DNA of 64,000 nt from Clostridia bacterium (GTDB taxonomy: Bacteria; Bacillota; Clostridia; Oscillospirales; CAG-272). The notes beneath the pieces were generated by a model. The model was not told the origin of the DNA and ran no database searches. It was given only the letters and a program-made list of their open reading frames with translations. Positions 53,901 to 61,351 of the stretch are shown one piece after another. How positions within the stretch are numbered: the stretch's first letter is position 1; the number at the start of each line of letters is the position of its first letter. The DNA is taken from assembly GCA_017462605.1 (NCBI GenBank), contig JAFTQV010000061.1:24262-88261 (forward strand). The letters run 5' to 3'. A program made the position numbers and the translations under genes.

Positions 53901-56276
53901 AATATGATATACGATCTGATACTTTATAGGATTAGCATAATCCCATATAGCGTAAAGATTAACTTCACCGACCGATGTAACGCTATACTCTGCTTTATCC
54001 CTTATCAGATCTCCCTCGCTACTCGCATGAGGATCAGTCGACCAGCCGAGAAAGTTATATCCGTTATTGTAGAAGGTATTAGGAGGAAGATTACCCTTTC
54101 CGCCCGTAGGTATCGTGAAGTCAGAGACCATATTACCCTCTCCGCCATTCTTATGGAAGACGAATGCGTTTGGGTCGCCCTTCCAGCAGGCATATAAAAT
54201 ATACTCCGCCGAGCTTCCCATTGTGTAATCAGCCTCGTTGTTATATACCGCAGCTCCGCCGGGCTCGGTTGCCCAGCCTATGAATGTATATCCCGGTCTT
54301 GTGTAAGCAATTGTTGGCAATTTTGCAGTAGAATCGGTCTCTATTTGCATATTAGCCATAGTTCCGCTGAATTCGCCTGCGCCGCAACCTGAATTGAATT
54401 TAAGCGTGTTCTTCTTCGCGCTCCATACGGCGTAAAGCACGTATTCGGCGTTTTCGCCCATTGTGAAGGTTGCTCCCTCGGTAAGCTCGGCTTCCTTTTT
54501 GCTCTTATCATAGCTAAAGCCTGAAAGCTCGTATCCCGAGCGATTAAACGCGCCCGAAGGAATAGAGGTCTCTTCTTCGTAGATCAAGCTTATTTCTATG
54601 CGATCACCCACACCGCCGTTCGGATCAAGTATAAGCTTTCCGCTCTTTCTCTGCCATACCGCATAAAGAGTGCTGGAGGAAAGAGTTCCCATAGTGTAAT
54701 TCTCTTTATCCTCATATTCCACGTCTCCCGTCTGCGAAGTGGACCAGCCTAAAAAGTCATATCCGACTCTTGTGAAGACACATTCGGGCAGGTTTGCGCT
54801 GCTACCCGTAGCCAACTCCATTTTTGCCATTTCGCCCTCTCCGCCGTTCGGAGCAAATAGAAGGCTATTCATATTCTCGGCAAAGCGCGCGTAAAGCGTA
54901 TGATCTTCCGTTTTTGTTACGCCGCTCTCGGAATTCACAAGCTCACCGCCGCTCGAGGCAGTATACCAGCCCACAAAATGGAAGCCGCTCTTTTCGGGTA
55001 TCTTTTCGGCAAGCGGAGAGTATACTCCGCCATAGCTTACGCTCACGGTCGTAAATGCTTCGCCCTCGGATACGAGGGTAACCGTGTAAACGTTTGCAAT
55101 CCATTTAGCCTTAAGAGTCATATCCTTTTTGACGGTATCCTTCGAGAAATTCCAGAGCTTGCCGTCGTAAAGCCAGCCGCCAAACGTGTAACCTATCTTT
55201 TTGGGCGTAGCAGGCGCTGCGGTAAGGGTATCCCTCTCAACGACAATACTCTCTATCTCACCTGCTCCGTCAGTATCGTAGCTGACCTTCGGCTGTCTTT
55301 CTGCAATTGCATAAAGACTGAAATGATCGGTCTCAAAATAAAGAGTCTTCTTATCCTCGGAAAGAGTTGAAGGCATCTCGGAAAACTCCTCGTCCGAGGC
55401 TATGTAATAGATCTTGACTGCGGTAGTGTCAAACCCCTGAGGTACAGGAATACCGACCTTGACCGAGCCTTCAAACTCCAATTTCTTATCCCATGAGAAA
55501 AGAGAAAGGTCGTAAAGCAGAAACTTCTCGGACTCCTGCCTTAAGGCGTTCTTCGCATCAACGTACTCCACAGAGTCGCTCGCTTTCTTTTCGGCATCGA
55601 ATCTGACCGCCATCTTATCAAATACGGTTATAGACTCCTTGGGAACGCTGAGAGTAACACCCGTATCGTCAACGATAGCTGGAGAATAAAGACTGAGGCA
55701 AACGAGAGTCGCCGTGATAAATACAGCAAGAAAGCTCGCAGCGATAACAAATACGTTTCGTACGCGCCTCGCCTTGCGGTTGCGAAGCTTTTCATATCGT
55801 TTGATAAGAACCTTTATCTTTTTAGCTTTTTCATTGAAGTTCTTTTTGATATAATCCTTGGCACTGCTGTAAACGATCTCTGCCTTTTCCCTGTAATTTT
55901 TCTTTTCGACTCCCTCGTCAAAAACGTAGTCTGTAAATCCGCGTGTAAGATCGGCTATCTCAAGCATCTGATAAAGGACGTCATCGGAAAAAATTTCGCA
56001 TTTTTTAATGAAACTCCTTATATCCTCGGCTCTATTCCACCAATCAATGCTTTTCTTTTCTTTCTTCGTTCCGTCAAGCGCTTTCATAAGCTTTATAACA
56101 TCCTGATAAAGGTTATCGAGATTGATCTTATCCTGCGCATTTGCCGAAACGTCTACTCCCTGCTTGTAATCGCAGTCGATTTCGCTGCACTCCAAGTGAC
56201 CGTTGCCGTCAGGCTTAAGAAAACCCTTATTGCACTGAGGGCAAATCTTCTTGTTGATGTCTGCCAAACTGCTCAT
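50934..56276 (-). CDS. ~1780-aa zinc-ribbon-anchored surface protein: cytoplasmic ribbon + helical domain, one TM, ~20 Listeria-Bacteroides (InlB-B-like) repeats, Gly-rich beta-helix-like C-terminus
   Basis: I prefer the ATG at 56274-56276 (MSSLADINKK), which has GGAGG 5 nt upstream. Ribbon CPQCNKG...CSEIDC. A basic stretch plus TM (RKARRVRNVFVIAASFLAVFITATLVCLSLY, ~55688-55756) follows. Repeats are of the type GYTFGGWLYDGKLWNF / GYDFAGWYKTSDFSGEAI. The tail is rich in GGxGGxG. There is no LPXTG motif. Confidence 0.8.
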   Translation of the reverse strand: MSSLADINKKICPQCNKGFLKPDGNGHLECSEIDCDYKQGVDVSANAQDKINLDNLYQDVIKLMKALDGTKKEKKSIDWWNRAEDIRSFIKKCEIFSDDVLYQMLEIADLTRGFTDYVFDEGVEKKNYREKAEIVYSSAKDYIKKNFNEKAKKIKVLIKRYEKLRNRKARRVRNVFVIAASFLAVFITATLVCLSLYSPAIVDDTGVTLSVPKESITVFDKMAVRFDAEKKASDSVEYVDAKNALRQESEKFLLYDLSLFSWDKKLEFEGSVKVGIPVPQGFDTTAVKIYYIASDEEFSEMPSTLSEDKKTLYFETDHFSLYAIAERQPKVSYDTDGAGEIESIVVERDTLTAAPATPKKIGYTFGGWLYDGKLWNFSKDTVKKDMTLKAKWIANVYTVTLVSEGEAFTTVSVSYGGVYSPLAEKIPEKSGFHFVGWYTASSGGELVNSESGVTKTEDHTLYARFAENMNSLLFAPNGGEGEMAKMELATGSSANLPECVFTRVGYDFLGWSTSQTGDVEYEDKENYTMGTLSSSTLYAVWQRKSGKLILDPNGGVGDRIEISLIYEEETSIPSGAFNRSGYELSGFSYDKSKKEAELTEGATFTMGENAEYVLYAVWSAKKNTLKFNSGCGAGEFSGTMANMQIETDSTAKLPTIAYTRPGYTFIGWATEPGGAAVYNNEADYTMGSSAEYILYACWKGDPNAFVFHKNGGEGNMVSDFTIPTGGKGNLPPNTFYNNGYNFLGWSTDPHASSEGDLIRDKAEYSVTSVGEVNLYAIWDYANPIKYQIVYHIEGEDAIAPEEYTIKETENLTIPEKRGYDFAGWYKTSDFSGEAITSIGAGSYGHIALYGRFVPHVYNITLYLDGKIIKTDTYTIESPDYELPTSVDKPGYDFEGFFRNEAFGGDPVTFIPAGSTGDKIYYAMAVHPTKYIITFNSNGGSEILSIEYYINSAEIDLSEPTKYGETFCGWYTNADLSGEAIFSIAPGTIDNLELYARWEITEYDIIYETMGGKSIANGSYTKNDTVTLATPTRKGYTFIGWYTSSDYSGSSITEIEQNSTGRKIFYAKWKLNEYTITLMLGGEIFREIVYDIEDVVIDLPTPEESGKTFEAWYESESLVGITYKTIVAALCSDITLYGKMNYNQYTINFVTNGGEGIDSIIYNKIEEVILPTSDKVYHPAYNTVAWYDNAELSGSPVTKLEAGSTGNKIFYAKWSEPIEFTATLVLDGEIFKVIPYNVESDAIILADHSSLEGYEIGEWYSNSSYSGEPIVSVTKGSYGNKVFYAKKTPIRYSVSFIENTPKNGALTTDKMQSITCIYGKSATLSPNTLSVNGWIFKGWSTSSTGNVVYEDKAEIKNLTSVYGGNVNLYAVWEVDPFTVGKYVPTGTVVSDTWSGGDTYSVFNTVESTPRRPIEGVPKIIVDWSMISNCDIPSYGIEDHVGRKGHIDIDPATEEIVFVGDPLKTYLNLGITLCSFRPEFPVLIRLSDFNLISDYNPAFSTYNNGGTYLTVDVNGKCSIGTSAEAGIIFNDIESLTFTGSGELTVTAGAGSDQSATGGTAISATNITVDMENGKLTVVGGNGANPSAEGTEGGDGGVAINAETVTVKRTASLNIVGGAGGEGGDYTGIPGSSRNGNPGAKGGDGGVALKCNTFRAYGDSVFSIVGGRGGDGGKGEDARNKLWGSQNVGGKGGSGGSGACAIEAQTFDIIKTTNGVATGGQGGNGGTGGRRDTNYANGTRGAGGDAGAGAVAIVNNIAVDNLVTIKGEDGQPGSQGSSYDSDP

Positions 56277-56297
56277 TTTTACCTCCACTTCATTTTC

Positions 56298-56344
56298 ATA
56301 ATTCTATTTTGGAATTATTTTTATTATAATTCTATTTTGGAATT
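56298..56344. promoter_or_regulatory. Two 19-bp direct repeats ATAATTCTATTTTGGAATT (each an AATTC-N7-GAATT palindrome) in the divergent promoter region
   Basis: The copies are at 56298-56316 and 56326-56344, 28 bp apart. They lie between the giant gene's start and the XRE regulator gene. Confidence 0.5.
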
Positions 56345-56403
56345 TTGTCAATAGTCTTTTGGGATATAATTTTTATGCGAATACCAACCAAAGGATGTTG
56401 ATT

Positions 56404-56691
56404 ATGAAGCTCAGAAAAAAAGAATACGGAGATGCAAACCTCGTTGGAAGAAACATTGAGGAATTAAGAAAGGAAAGAGGAATCAGCCAAAAGGATTTTA
56501 TTGCCAAGATACAGGTAATGGGCTGCGATATGAATCCCACAAGCTATTCCAAGCTCGAGGGTCAAATAAGGAGCGCGTCCGATAAGGAGATCTACGTTAT
56601 TTCAAAGCTTCTCGGAGTCACCATGGAAGAGCTTTTTGAAAATAGAGAAAGCCGACCGACTAACGTCAAAAGCGTAAATGAAGACCGCTGA
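56404..56691 (+). CDS. XRE-family HTH transcriptional regulator
   Basis: I prefer the start at 56404 (MKLRKKEYGD). The HTH is GRNIEELRKERGISQKDFIAKI. It is a small (95 aa) protein. Confidence 0.75.
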   Translation: MKLRKKEYGDANLVGRNIEELRKERGISQKDFIAKIQVMGCDMNPTSYSKLEGQIRSASDKEIYVISKLLGVTMEELFENRESRPTNVKSVNEDR

Positions 56692-56795
56692 CTGTTCGGC
56701 GCAATTAACGGGGGTATTTGGTGTCCAAATTCCCCCGCGCCCCCAAAGACTGTTATGGCGCTCGATTTGCGGCTTATCCGCAAAAAACAAAAAAC

Positions 56796-56840
56796 GCGGC
56801 AGCTTGATACCAAAAAGGTTAAGCTGCCGCTTTATTGTTT
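56796..56840. terminator. Bidirectional terminator
   Basis: GCGGCAGCTT (56796-56805) pairs with AAGCTGCCGC (56821-56830). It is flanked by an A-run upstream and TTTATTGTTT downstream. Confidence 0.7.
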
Positions 56841-56872
56841 AATTGTTTTGTTGCCAAAGCGCCTCTGTAAAA

Positions 56873-57700
56873 TTATACCGTTGCCGCTTCCTTTATCTCT
56901 TCTACCTCGGGAGTGTCAGAGCCTTTTGACTTAAGGTGCATAATGAGGTAGTATACGCCGTAGAGAGCAAGCACCGCCGAGAAGAATACTATCGGGTTGA
57001 TGACCATAAGAAGCCACTTCGGGATTATTCCGTTTTCCACGAGACCGATATAGAAGGCATCCTCTTCAAGGAAGAACCAGTTATGCTCGAGAAGAAGGTT
57101 GCCGAGCTTCGCCCAGAGTGTGATACCGACAAGGAGTATTGCCGCGCGGTAGCTCTTCTTTATATCGGGCTTGACTATGCCAAACGCGAGATTAAGTATG
57201 CCCCACGCCATAAGGTCGCCGTGATAAAACATGGTCTGCACCGCCTGGTAGCACCAAGGCTCACCCGAGCCGATGTTCGCGGGATAAACAAGATACATCA
57301 TAGGAGCAAGGACGGCAAGCATTGCCACAGGCTCAAGGAAATTCCTGAATTTATCATTGAACTGAACGAATGCCGAGATAGGGCAAAGCACAACGCAGAT
57401 ATGGAAGGGGAGCTTATCCATATTAAGACCGCCGCCGACAGGAACGCCGCCAACCTCATCGGCATAGACGAAATCGTGAACAAAGAAGTCGGATATATAC
57501 GATACCACAAGAAGAATGATCATAATATCGAGCAGCTTCTTCTTTTTCTCAAGGGGCGCGTTTCTGAAGCCGAAGTAAAGACCGACGACAGCTCCCGCGA
57601 TAAGAAGCATATAAACGATATGCGGTACGGAAAAGGCTGTCACCGAAATGCCCGTGTCAAAATGCGACATTTCGAAAAGCTTGAAAAATAACTCTCTCAT
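56873..57700 (-). CDS. Integral membrane protein (YwaF / TIGR02206-like)
   Basis: Seven to eight hydrophobic helices. The N-terminus FSVPHIVYMLLIAG and the PFHICV block resemble the YwaF family. The family call is tentative. Confidence 0.45.
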   Translation of the reverse strand: MRELFFKLFEMSHFDTGISVTAFSVPHIVYMLLIAGAVVGLYFGFRNAPLEKKKKLLDIMIILLVVSYISDFFVHDFVYADEVGGVPVGGGLNMDKLPFHICVVLCPISAFVQFNDKFRNFLEPVAMLAVLAPMMYLVYPANIGSGEPWCYQAVQTMFYHGDLMAWGILNLAFGIVKPDIKKSYRAAILLVGITLWAKLGNLLLEHNWFFLEEDAFYIGLVENGIIPKWLLMVINPIVFFSAVLALYGVYYLIMHLKSKGSDTPEVEEIKEAATV

Positions 57701-57879
57701 TTCTTTTCTCCTTTTTTAATCAACGACAAAATTCTACCACGCCGCCTCTTTTTTATCAACTGTTTTAAAAATAATTAATAATAGTTAATGTTAAATTATA
57801 AAAAGCACTTGATATAATTGTGAAAACGTGATATAACAAAGATAGAGAAAACTAAACAAAATGAGATAGGGAAGAAGAT

Positions 57880-58638
57880 ATGAGCTTTTACGAGATCCCT
57901 GCAGACAAGCGGGACCATTTATATCTGAAATGCGCGAAAACTCTTGGCGAAGGAGCGCATTTTCACGAGTCGATAGAGGTCATGATCGTGATAGAGGGCA
58001 GCGCCTCGGCGTTTATCAACGGAGTAAAATATGAGGTCAGGGCAGGCGAGGCAGTCGCCGTCAACTCATTTGACATACATTATTATAAGACAAATGCGGG
58101 ATCGCTTTACGTCGCCCTCGTTGTGAGCAGCACTTATCTGCGCGAGTTTTACGACTTTGCGAAGGGAAGGACGCTCGTCAATCATTTTATTATATCGCCC
58201 GAGGCAGCCGAATTTGCGAGGGCGTGGGCGGCTTCTCCCAAGGATACCAACCGTCTTTTGCTTTTATCGAAACTATACCGCCTGCTTTCCTATCTTCCCC
58301 TGACTCCTGCCGAGAACGCTTCGCGCCCGAAGCCGATCATAACCGAGATCTTCGGCTATCTTCATAAAAGCTTTAAGGAGCAGCTTTCGGTTGAGTCGGT
58401 TGCCGAAAAATTCGGCTACTCCCGAGGCTATCTTTCCACGCTTTTTTCGGCATACACGGGCGAGAGTCTGGGCTCCTACGTCAACCGCCTGCGGCTTAAG
58501 GAATTCGCGAAGCTGCAAAAGGCGTATCCCGAATCCAACGTTCTCGATCTCGCGCTCGACGCGGGATTTGAAAGCGCAAGCACCTTTTACCGAGCTTACA
58601 AAAAGCAATTCGGAAAAACTCCGCAGCAGAAAATATGA
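57880..58638 (+). CDS. AraC-family transcriptional regulator (cupin sensor + HTH)
   Basis: N-terminal cupin-like HFHESIEVMIVIEG. The C-terminal AraC HTH is GYSRGYLSTLFSAYTGESLGSYVNRLR...SASTFYRAYKKQFGKTP. Confidence 0.85.
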   Translation: MSFYEIPADKRDHLYLKCAKTLGEGAHFHESIEVMIVIEGSASAFINGVKYEVRAGEAVAVNSFDIHYYKTNAGSLYVALVVSSTYLREFYDFAKGRTLVNHFIISPEAAEFARAWAASPKDTNRLLLLSKLYRLLSYLPLTPAENASRPKPIITEIFGYLHKSFKEQLSVESVAEKFGYSRGYLSTLFSAYTGESLGSYVNRLRLKEFAKLQKAYPESNVLDLALDAGFESASTFYRAYKKQFGKTPQQKI

Positions 58639-58739
58639 CAAAATGACACAAATTCATAACGAAATGATAAGACCGCAAGCCCAAAAAGGGCTATAATGAA
58701 ATCAAGAAACAGATGCCGAACGGCAGAAAGGATCTCATT

Positions 58740-59984
58740 ATGGAAAACAAAATTTTCACAGTTGCAGTCATCGGCGCAGGAGCGCGCGGACTTACCTACA
58801 CGAAATACATGGCGGAAAAGCCCGATAAATTCAAGCTTGTCGCTGTTTGCGACTGCGACCGCATTCACGCAGATCACTATGCCGAGACCTACGGTCTTGA
58901 CAAGAGCCTCGTCTTCTACGATGAAGATGAATTCTTTGAAAAAAAGCACGCCGACCTGCTTATAGTCTCAACGCAGGATCAGGATCACGTACGCCACGCG
59001 GTCAAGGGTCTTGCTCTCGGCTACGATATTCTTACCGAAAAGCCGATATCCGACGATCCCGAGGAATGCAGAAAGCTCCTCGAGGCGCAGAAAAAATACA
59101 AAAAGAAGGTCCTCGTTTGCCACGTGCTTCGCTATGCGCCCGCATTCCGCAAGGTCAAGGAGCTGCTTGATTCGGGTGTCATCGGAGACATCGTTATGAT
59201 AGACAGCATCGAGCAGGTAAGATACTATCACCATGCTCACTCCTACGTTCGCGGAAATTGGCGCGATACCAAAAAGAGCTCGCCTATGATCATAGCAAAA
59301 TGCTGCCACGACCTCGATCTTATTCAGTGGTACGCAGGCTCAAAGTGCGATACAATCTCTTCTATCGGAGATCTCAGATTCTTCAACCGCGCTCATCAGC
59401 CCGAGGGCGCAGCAGACCGCTGCGTTGACTGCAAGTTCAAGGACACCTGCACGTACAGTGCGGTCAGGCTTTACGGCCCCGAATTTAAAATCCCATTCAG
59501 AAGGCACCTTTGCAAGGACCTTACCGTCAACCAGGAAGAAATCGACGAAGCTCTTCGCACCACTCAGTACGGCGTTTGCGTCTTCGCTTCGGATAACAAC
59601 GCGGTAGACAATCAGATCACTATGATGCGCTTTGAGAACGGTATTACCGCAAACCTTCGTATGACGGCATTCACCGCAGGCGGCGGCAGAATTATGAAGT
59701 TCTACGGCACACACGGCGAGATCGTGCTTGATGAAAAGGAGCGTTTCATATCCATCTCTCCCTTCGGCGAGCCCGAGGAGCGCATAAATACGAAGGATCT
59801 CACCGAGGGCGGCTACGGTCACGGCGGCGGAGATTCAAGGCTTGTTGAAGCTCTCTACGGCGAGCTTATCGGCGAGGGCTCTGCAGGCACAACGCTTGCC
59901 GCATCTATCGAAAGCCACCTTATGGGCTTCGCGGCAGAGCAGTCCCGTCTTGAGGGCGGTGCTGTGCAGAAGATCGTTCACTGA
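58740..59984 (+). CDS. Gfo/Idh/MocA-family NAD(P)-dependent oxidoreductase
   Basis: I prefer the ATG at 58740 (RBS GAAAGGA). Rossmann motif FTVAVIGAGARG and the EKP motif ILTEKPIS. Confidence 0.8.
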   Translation: MENKIFTVAVIGAGARGLTYTKYMAEKPDKFKLVAVCDCDRIHADHYAETYGLDKSLVFYDEDEFFEKKHADLLIVSTQDQDHVRHAVKGLALGYDILTEKPISDDPEECRKLLEAQKKYKKKVLVCHVLRYAPAFRKVKELLDSGVIGDIVMIDSIEQVRYYHHAHSYVRGNWRDTKKSSPMIIAKCCHDLDLIQWYAGSKCDTISSIGDLRFFNRAHQPEGAADRCVDCKFKDTCTYSAVRLYGPEFKIPFRRHLCKDLTVNQEEIDEALRTTQYGVCVFASDNNAVDNQITMMRFENGITANLRMTAFTAGGGRIMKFYGTHGEIVLDEKERFISISPFGEPEERINTKDLTEGGYGHGGGDSRLVEALYGELIGEGSAGTTLAASIESHLMGFAAEQSRLEGGAVQKIVH

Positions 59985-60054
59985 TCCGATATTAATTTTA
60001 CATAGAGATTTTCTCTCCCCCATTGACTTTTTCAAGTCTCGGGTATATACTTTA

Positions 60055-60085
60055 TAGCGTGATGAAAATCACGCTATATTTTTTA
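60055..60085 (+). terminator. Hairpin plus T-tract after the oxidoreductase gene
   Basis: TAGCGTGA (60055-62) pairs with TCACGCTA (60069-76), followed by TATTTTTTA. A TTGACT-17-TATACT box (60023-60051) lies just upstream, so this could instead be a 5' stem of the next transcript. Confidence 0.4.
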
Positions 60086-61221
60086 TGATAAATACAAAAA
60101 AGGGGGAAGGTCAATTGAAGCGCTTTATAGCAATATTAAAGACGAATGCCGTCATGCTTATCGCAATGACGCTCGCCATTGTAACGATGATCATAATTCC
60201 GCCGGACGCGGAGTATCTTTCATATTTTGACTTCAAGACCCTGACCTGCCTTATGACTGTGCTTGCGGTCGTGTGCGCTCTCAGAAGAGTCCGATTTTTT
60301 TACACGGTTGCCGAGAAAATAGTCAAAAACTTCAAAAACGCGCGCATCGCGGTGCTTGCCCTCGTCTACATAACCTTCATCGGCTCAATGCTGATAGCCA
60401 ACGATATGGCTCTCATAACCTTCCTGCCTCTCGGCTATTACGTTCTCATCAGCTCGGGCAAGGAAAAATATATGTGCGTGACCTTCATTCTGCAGAATAT
60501 AGCCGCTAACCTCGGCGGTATGCTTACCCCTTTCGGCAATCCGCAGAACCTATATCTTTATTCCCGCTTCAATATTCCGGACGGTGAATTTATGCTGATA
60601 ATGCTCCCGCCCTTTCTTCTCGCTATCGCTATGATAACCGTATCGGTGCTGATCTTCGTCAAGCCCGAGCCGATAGAATTCTCGGGTATCGAAAGGCGAT
60701 TGCCAAAGGCAAGGATAGCGATCTATCTTGTCCTTTTCGCCTTCGCTATCCTCTGCGTTTTCCGCTTTATTCCTTATCAGGCGGCGCTTATCGCGATCCC
60801 GATCGCCATACTCATTATGGATAGGCGCGCCCTGCTCGACGTTGACTGGGGGCTTCTTCTGACCTTCGTTTTCTTTTTCATCTTCTCGGGCAATATGTCA
60901 AGGATCTCGGCGGTAAGAGAGCTTTTCGTGCTTCTTCTCGATAAGAGCGTTCTTCTCGTTTCGACCCTCTCGTGCCAATTTATGAGCAACGTGCCAACAG
61001 CAATTCTCCTATCTCAGTTCACCGATAACTACAAGGAGCTTCTGCTCGGCGTCAATATCGGCGGCTGCGGTACTATCATCTCTTCGCTCGCCAGCCTCAT
61101 AACCTTCCGCGAGTACGTTTCGCACAATAAAGGAAAGGGCGGAAAATACCTTCTCGTATTCTCCGCGTTCAACTTCACCTTCCTCGCCGTCATGCTTGCC
61201 TTTTGCTTTATTTTAGTATAG
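60085..61221 (+). CDS. ArsB/NhaD-superfamily (YbiR-like) anion permease
   Basis: Polytopic membrane protein with the FGNPQNLYLY motif. The real start may be TTG at 60115, after GGGGGAAGG. Confidence 0.6.
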   Translation: MINTKKGEGQLKRFIAILKTNAVMLIAMTLAIVTMIIIPPDAEYLSYFDFKTLTCLMTVLAVVCALRRVRFFYTVAEKIVKNFKNARIAVLALVYITFIGSMLIANDMALITFLPLGYYVLISSGKEKYMCVTFILQNIAANLGGMLTPFGNPQNLYLYSRFNIPDGEFMLIMLPPFLLAIAMITVSVLIFVKPEPIEFSGIERRLPKARIAIYLVLFAFAILCVFRFIPYQAALIAIPIAILIMDRRALLDVDWGLLLTFVFFFIFSGNMSRISAVRELFVLLLDKSVLLVSTLSCQFMSNVPTAILLSQFTDNYKELLLGVNIGGCGTIISSLASLITFREYVSHNKGKGGKYLLVFSAFNFTFLAVMLAFCFILV

Positions 61222-61233
61222 ACGATATGCGCT

Positions 61234-61337
61234 AAAAAGGTATAAATACGAATTTTCACCGCATAATATTCTTGACATACGGTATACTTTGTGCTATACT
61301 ATACGTGAAAAAGGTGTAAATACGAATTTTTACCGCA
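61234..61337 (+). promoter_or_regulatory. Promoter TTGACA-17-TATACT bracketed by two ~25-nt direct repeats GGT(A/G)TAAATACGAATTTT(T)(C/T)ACCGCA
   Basis: -35 at 61272-61277 and -10 at 61295-61300. The repeat copies are at 61234-61263 and 61307-61337. Confidence 0.55.
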
Positions 61338-61351
61338 AAGGAGATCTTCGC

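Noticed and set aside
56711-56737. 12-bp hairpin GGGGGTATTTGG-TGT-CCAAATTCCCCC after the XRE gene
   Set aside because: It has one mismatch, no U-tract and no second copy in the window. The real terminator is the stronger hairpin at 56796-56830. There is not enough evidence to call it a regulatory RNA.
12555-57691. Many other 150-280-aa antisense ORFs (for example 12555..13145, 15195..15875, 20322..21152, 23732..24592, 41556..42194, 42813..43451, 45300..45998, 52746..53447, 54900..55370, 56936..57691)
   Set aside because: Each is fully contained in, and opposite to, a gene with strong motif evidence (binding protein, GH32, ABC ATPase, RtcB, the giant repeat proteins, the YwaF-like protein). 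None has independent support.
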